Below, piece after piece: positions 62,018 to 64,000 of a stretch of DNA of 64,000 bases. Numbering within the stretch: position 1 is the stretch's first letter; every line of letters starts with the position of its first letter. The notes under the pieces were generated by a model. The model was not told where the DNA came from, did no database searches, and worked only from the letters and a program-made list of their open reading frames with translations. This stretch comes from Vulcanimicrobiota bacterium (GTDB taxonomy: Bacteria > Vulcanimicrobiota > Vulcanimicrobiia > Vulcanimicrobiales > Vulcanimicrobiaceae), in assembly GCA_963723515.1 (NCBI GenBank), contig CAVRQT010000003.1:960001-1024000 (forward strand), given 5' to 3'. The position numbers and the translations under genes are program-made.

Positions 62018-63295
62018 CTAGTCGAGGCGGCCGATGTCCGTGCGATACGTGAGCAAAGAGGCCTCGCCGTCAAACCGCTTGGCCAGCGCTTGGACCCCCT
62101 CGTAAGCACGGCTTCGTGCACGCTCGATTGTCTCTCCAAGCGCGCGTCACCGTGATGACACGGCCTCCAGCCGCGTCGACAGCGCCGTCGTGAAGTGCCG
62201 AACCGCCCCAAAACGCTTGCGTACTTTCCGCCAACACAATATCCGCCGGCAAAGCCTTCAACGGCGTACTGCGGGCCGGGTAGTCGGCCGTCGCCAAGAC
62301 GACCCCAACGCATGCCTTCTCGGAGAAGGACGTCAAGCTTGGATCCATCGCGCCGTCCGCGACACTCTTGAGAAAGGCCGCGAAGTCGCCGCTCACCCGC
62401 GGCATCAGCACTTGCGTTTCCGGATCGCCGAAACGTGCATTGAATTCAATCACCGCGGGTCCGCCTTGCGTCCACATCAGCCCGCAATAAAGAACGCCGA
62501 TGTAGCGTTCACCTTCGGCCAACAACCCTCGCAATACCGGACCAAGAATTTGCTCGCGTACGCGATCGGTTAGATCTTCCGGAAAGCCGTGCGGCGGCGA
62601 GTACGCACCCATGCCGCCCGTGTTTGGACCGGTGTCGCCGTCCCCGGCGCGCTTGTAGTCGCACGCCGACGCAAACGGCAACATCGCGCGCCCATCGCAA
62701 ATGGCGAAGACGCTGACTTCTCGGCCCTCAAGCCGCTCCTCAAGCAATAGGGCGCTCCCGCCGCCGGGTATGCTGTTGTGCTCGTACCACTCCGCCACAA
62801 CAGCGCGCGCGGCAGAAACGTCCGGCGCAACGACAACGCCCTTCCCTGCCGCTAAACCGTCGGCTTTGATGACGCAGGAGCCGCTCCACTGATCGAGCGC
62901 GCTCTTTGCCGCATCAAGAGAATGGATGACAACGGCGCGCGCCGTCGGCACACCGTGTCGTTCCATGAAGCGCTTCGCAAAGATCTTGCTCGATTCAAGG
63001 CGGCCGCCCGAACGATCCGGCCCGAAGGTCGCGATCCCGTTCGCGCGGAGGTGATCTGCCGACACCGGCAGCGATTGCAGTTTCCGGACCGACAACGACG
63101 AGATCGATGCGCTCTTCGCGAGCACGTTTGGCGAGCGCCTTGCCGTTGGTCGGCGTCGATTTCCCAGTTGGCGCCACGCGTTGCTGTTCCCGCATTTCCG
63201 GGCGCGGCAAAAATCGCTTCACATGAGGGCGAAGCGGCCAGCCGCCAAGACAGCGCATCCTCGCGCGCGCCGTTTCCGATAACAAGGATTCGCAT
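62018..63295 (-). CDS. purD: Phosphoribosylamine--glycine ligase; frameshifts near 63150, 63055 and 62145
   Basis: MRILVIGNGARE.AL, APGNAG, VVGPE, LESSKIFAK, KADGLAAGKGV, GPNTGGMG, EFNARFGDPE, YRTDIG. Confidence 0.95.
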
Positions 63296-63318
63296 GAATT
63301 CGCTAGCGGTTCGGCGTC

Positions 63319-63713
63319 CTAACCCGCTACCTGCTCAAGCAGTGATTGCGTCGTCTTGAGCAGCGCGTCGGCATCTGCATCAGGATTTTGAACGAACGCG
63401 ATCACATTTGATTGTCCTCTCACGCTCCCGCTCACAAGACGAGCGCGAATTTCATTTCCGTTGATCGTATCACGCAAGTCGAATCGTTTCGGTTGTCCTG
63501 CCAAACGGCTTCGGATTTTGTCTTGTAGCGCTTTCGCGGTCCTCGCCGGCAATTGTATTGGCGCACTGGCGATCACGATCAACGTCTTGCCGTGCGGCAC
63601 AGTCGTCCTCAAGCCCATCTTGCAATCGTTCAATAAACCCAAGTGCGACTCTTATCGAACCGCAAACCGCGTTTCGCCAGGCGGTTTTGCTCCAAAAGAC
63701 GCCGGTTGATCAT
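63319..63713 (-). CDS. Hypothetical protein; probable frameshift near 63650
   Basis: ATG overlaps the guaA stop (ATGA): [21 protein letters not shown], joining ORF 63319..63642. Confidence 0.55.
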
Positions 63714-64000
63714 TCCCATTCCACCGTCGAGGGCGGCTTCGAGGTGATGTCATACGCCACGCGATTGACTCCCGGCACTTCGTTGACGATTCGGCTACTG
63801 ATTCGTTCGAGCAGCGATTCCGGAAGCCGCGCCCAATCCGCCGTCATACCGTCTTGGCTCGTGATCGCGCGCACCGCGACGAGGTTCGCATACGTTCGGC
63901 CATCGCCCATCACGCCAACGCTGAGCAGCGGCGTCAAAACGGCAAAATATTGCCACGGCTTCGGATCGAGTTTTGCGCGCTCGATTTCATCGCGCACGAT
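63710..64000 (-). CDS. guaA: GMP synthase, C-terminal part (starts beyond window)
   Basis: WQYFAVL...[11 protein letters not shown]...DGMTADW...[18 protein letters not shown]. Confidence 0.96.
   Translation of the reverse strand: MVRDEIERAKLDPKPWQYFAVLTPLLSVGVMGDGRTYANLVAVRAITSQDGMTADWARLPESLLERISSRIVNEVPGVNRVAYDITSKPPSTVEWE

Noticed and set aside
46677..63295. Pseudogene or programmed-frameshift calls for thrS, tsaD, purM, purD, pepA
   Set aside because: Essential or conserved genes with intact motifs and no consistent slippery sequence; sequencing error is far more parsimonious.

Overview
About 60% GC bacterial chromosome segment. Gene content and protein style suggest a diderm Terrabacteria member such as Eremiobacterota/Vulcanimicrobiota; this is inference only. 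Many genes, including essential ones (thrS, tsaD), are split by single-base indels, most likely long-read consensus errors. Housekeeping genes: recG (partial), panE, panB, thrS, tsaD, pepA, purD/F/M/N, guaA (partial) and 6 tRNAs. Other genes: a LigC + LigD-type primase-polymerase pair, topoisomerase IB, two RND permeases, an ArsR/SmtB regulator divergent from a TonB receptor, Nramp and MFS transporters. A 12 kb respiratory locus combines an actinobacterial-style cytochrome bcc-aa3 gene set, in two divergent operons, with a selenocysteine formate dehydrogenase-NrfD module. Most notable unexplained structures: (1) a complete promoter / 38-aa leader peptide / antiterminator / terminator attenuator controlling a 63-aa protein of unknown function (28755-29217); (2) a family of REP-like repeats forming mosaic arrays, two of which bracket a single RuvC/RNase H-like gene; (3) a GNAT-PurN fusion; (4) a 2.7 kb integrase-less islet at tRNA-Asp carrying a ceruloplasmin-like two-domain multicopper oxidase.
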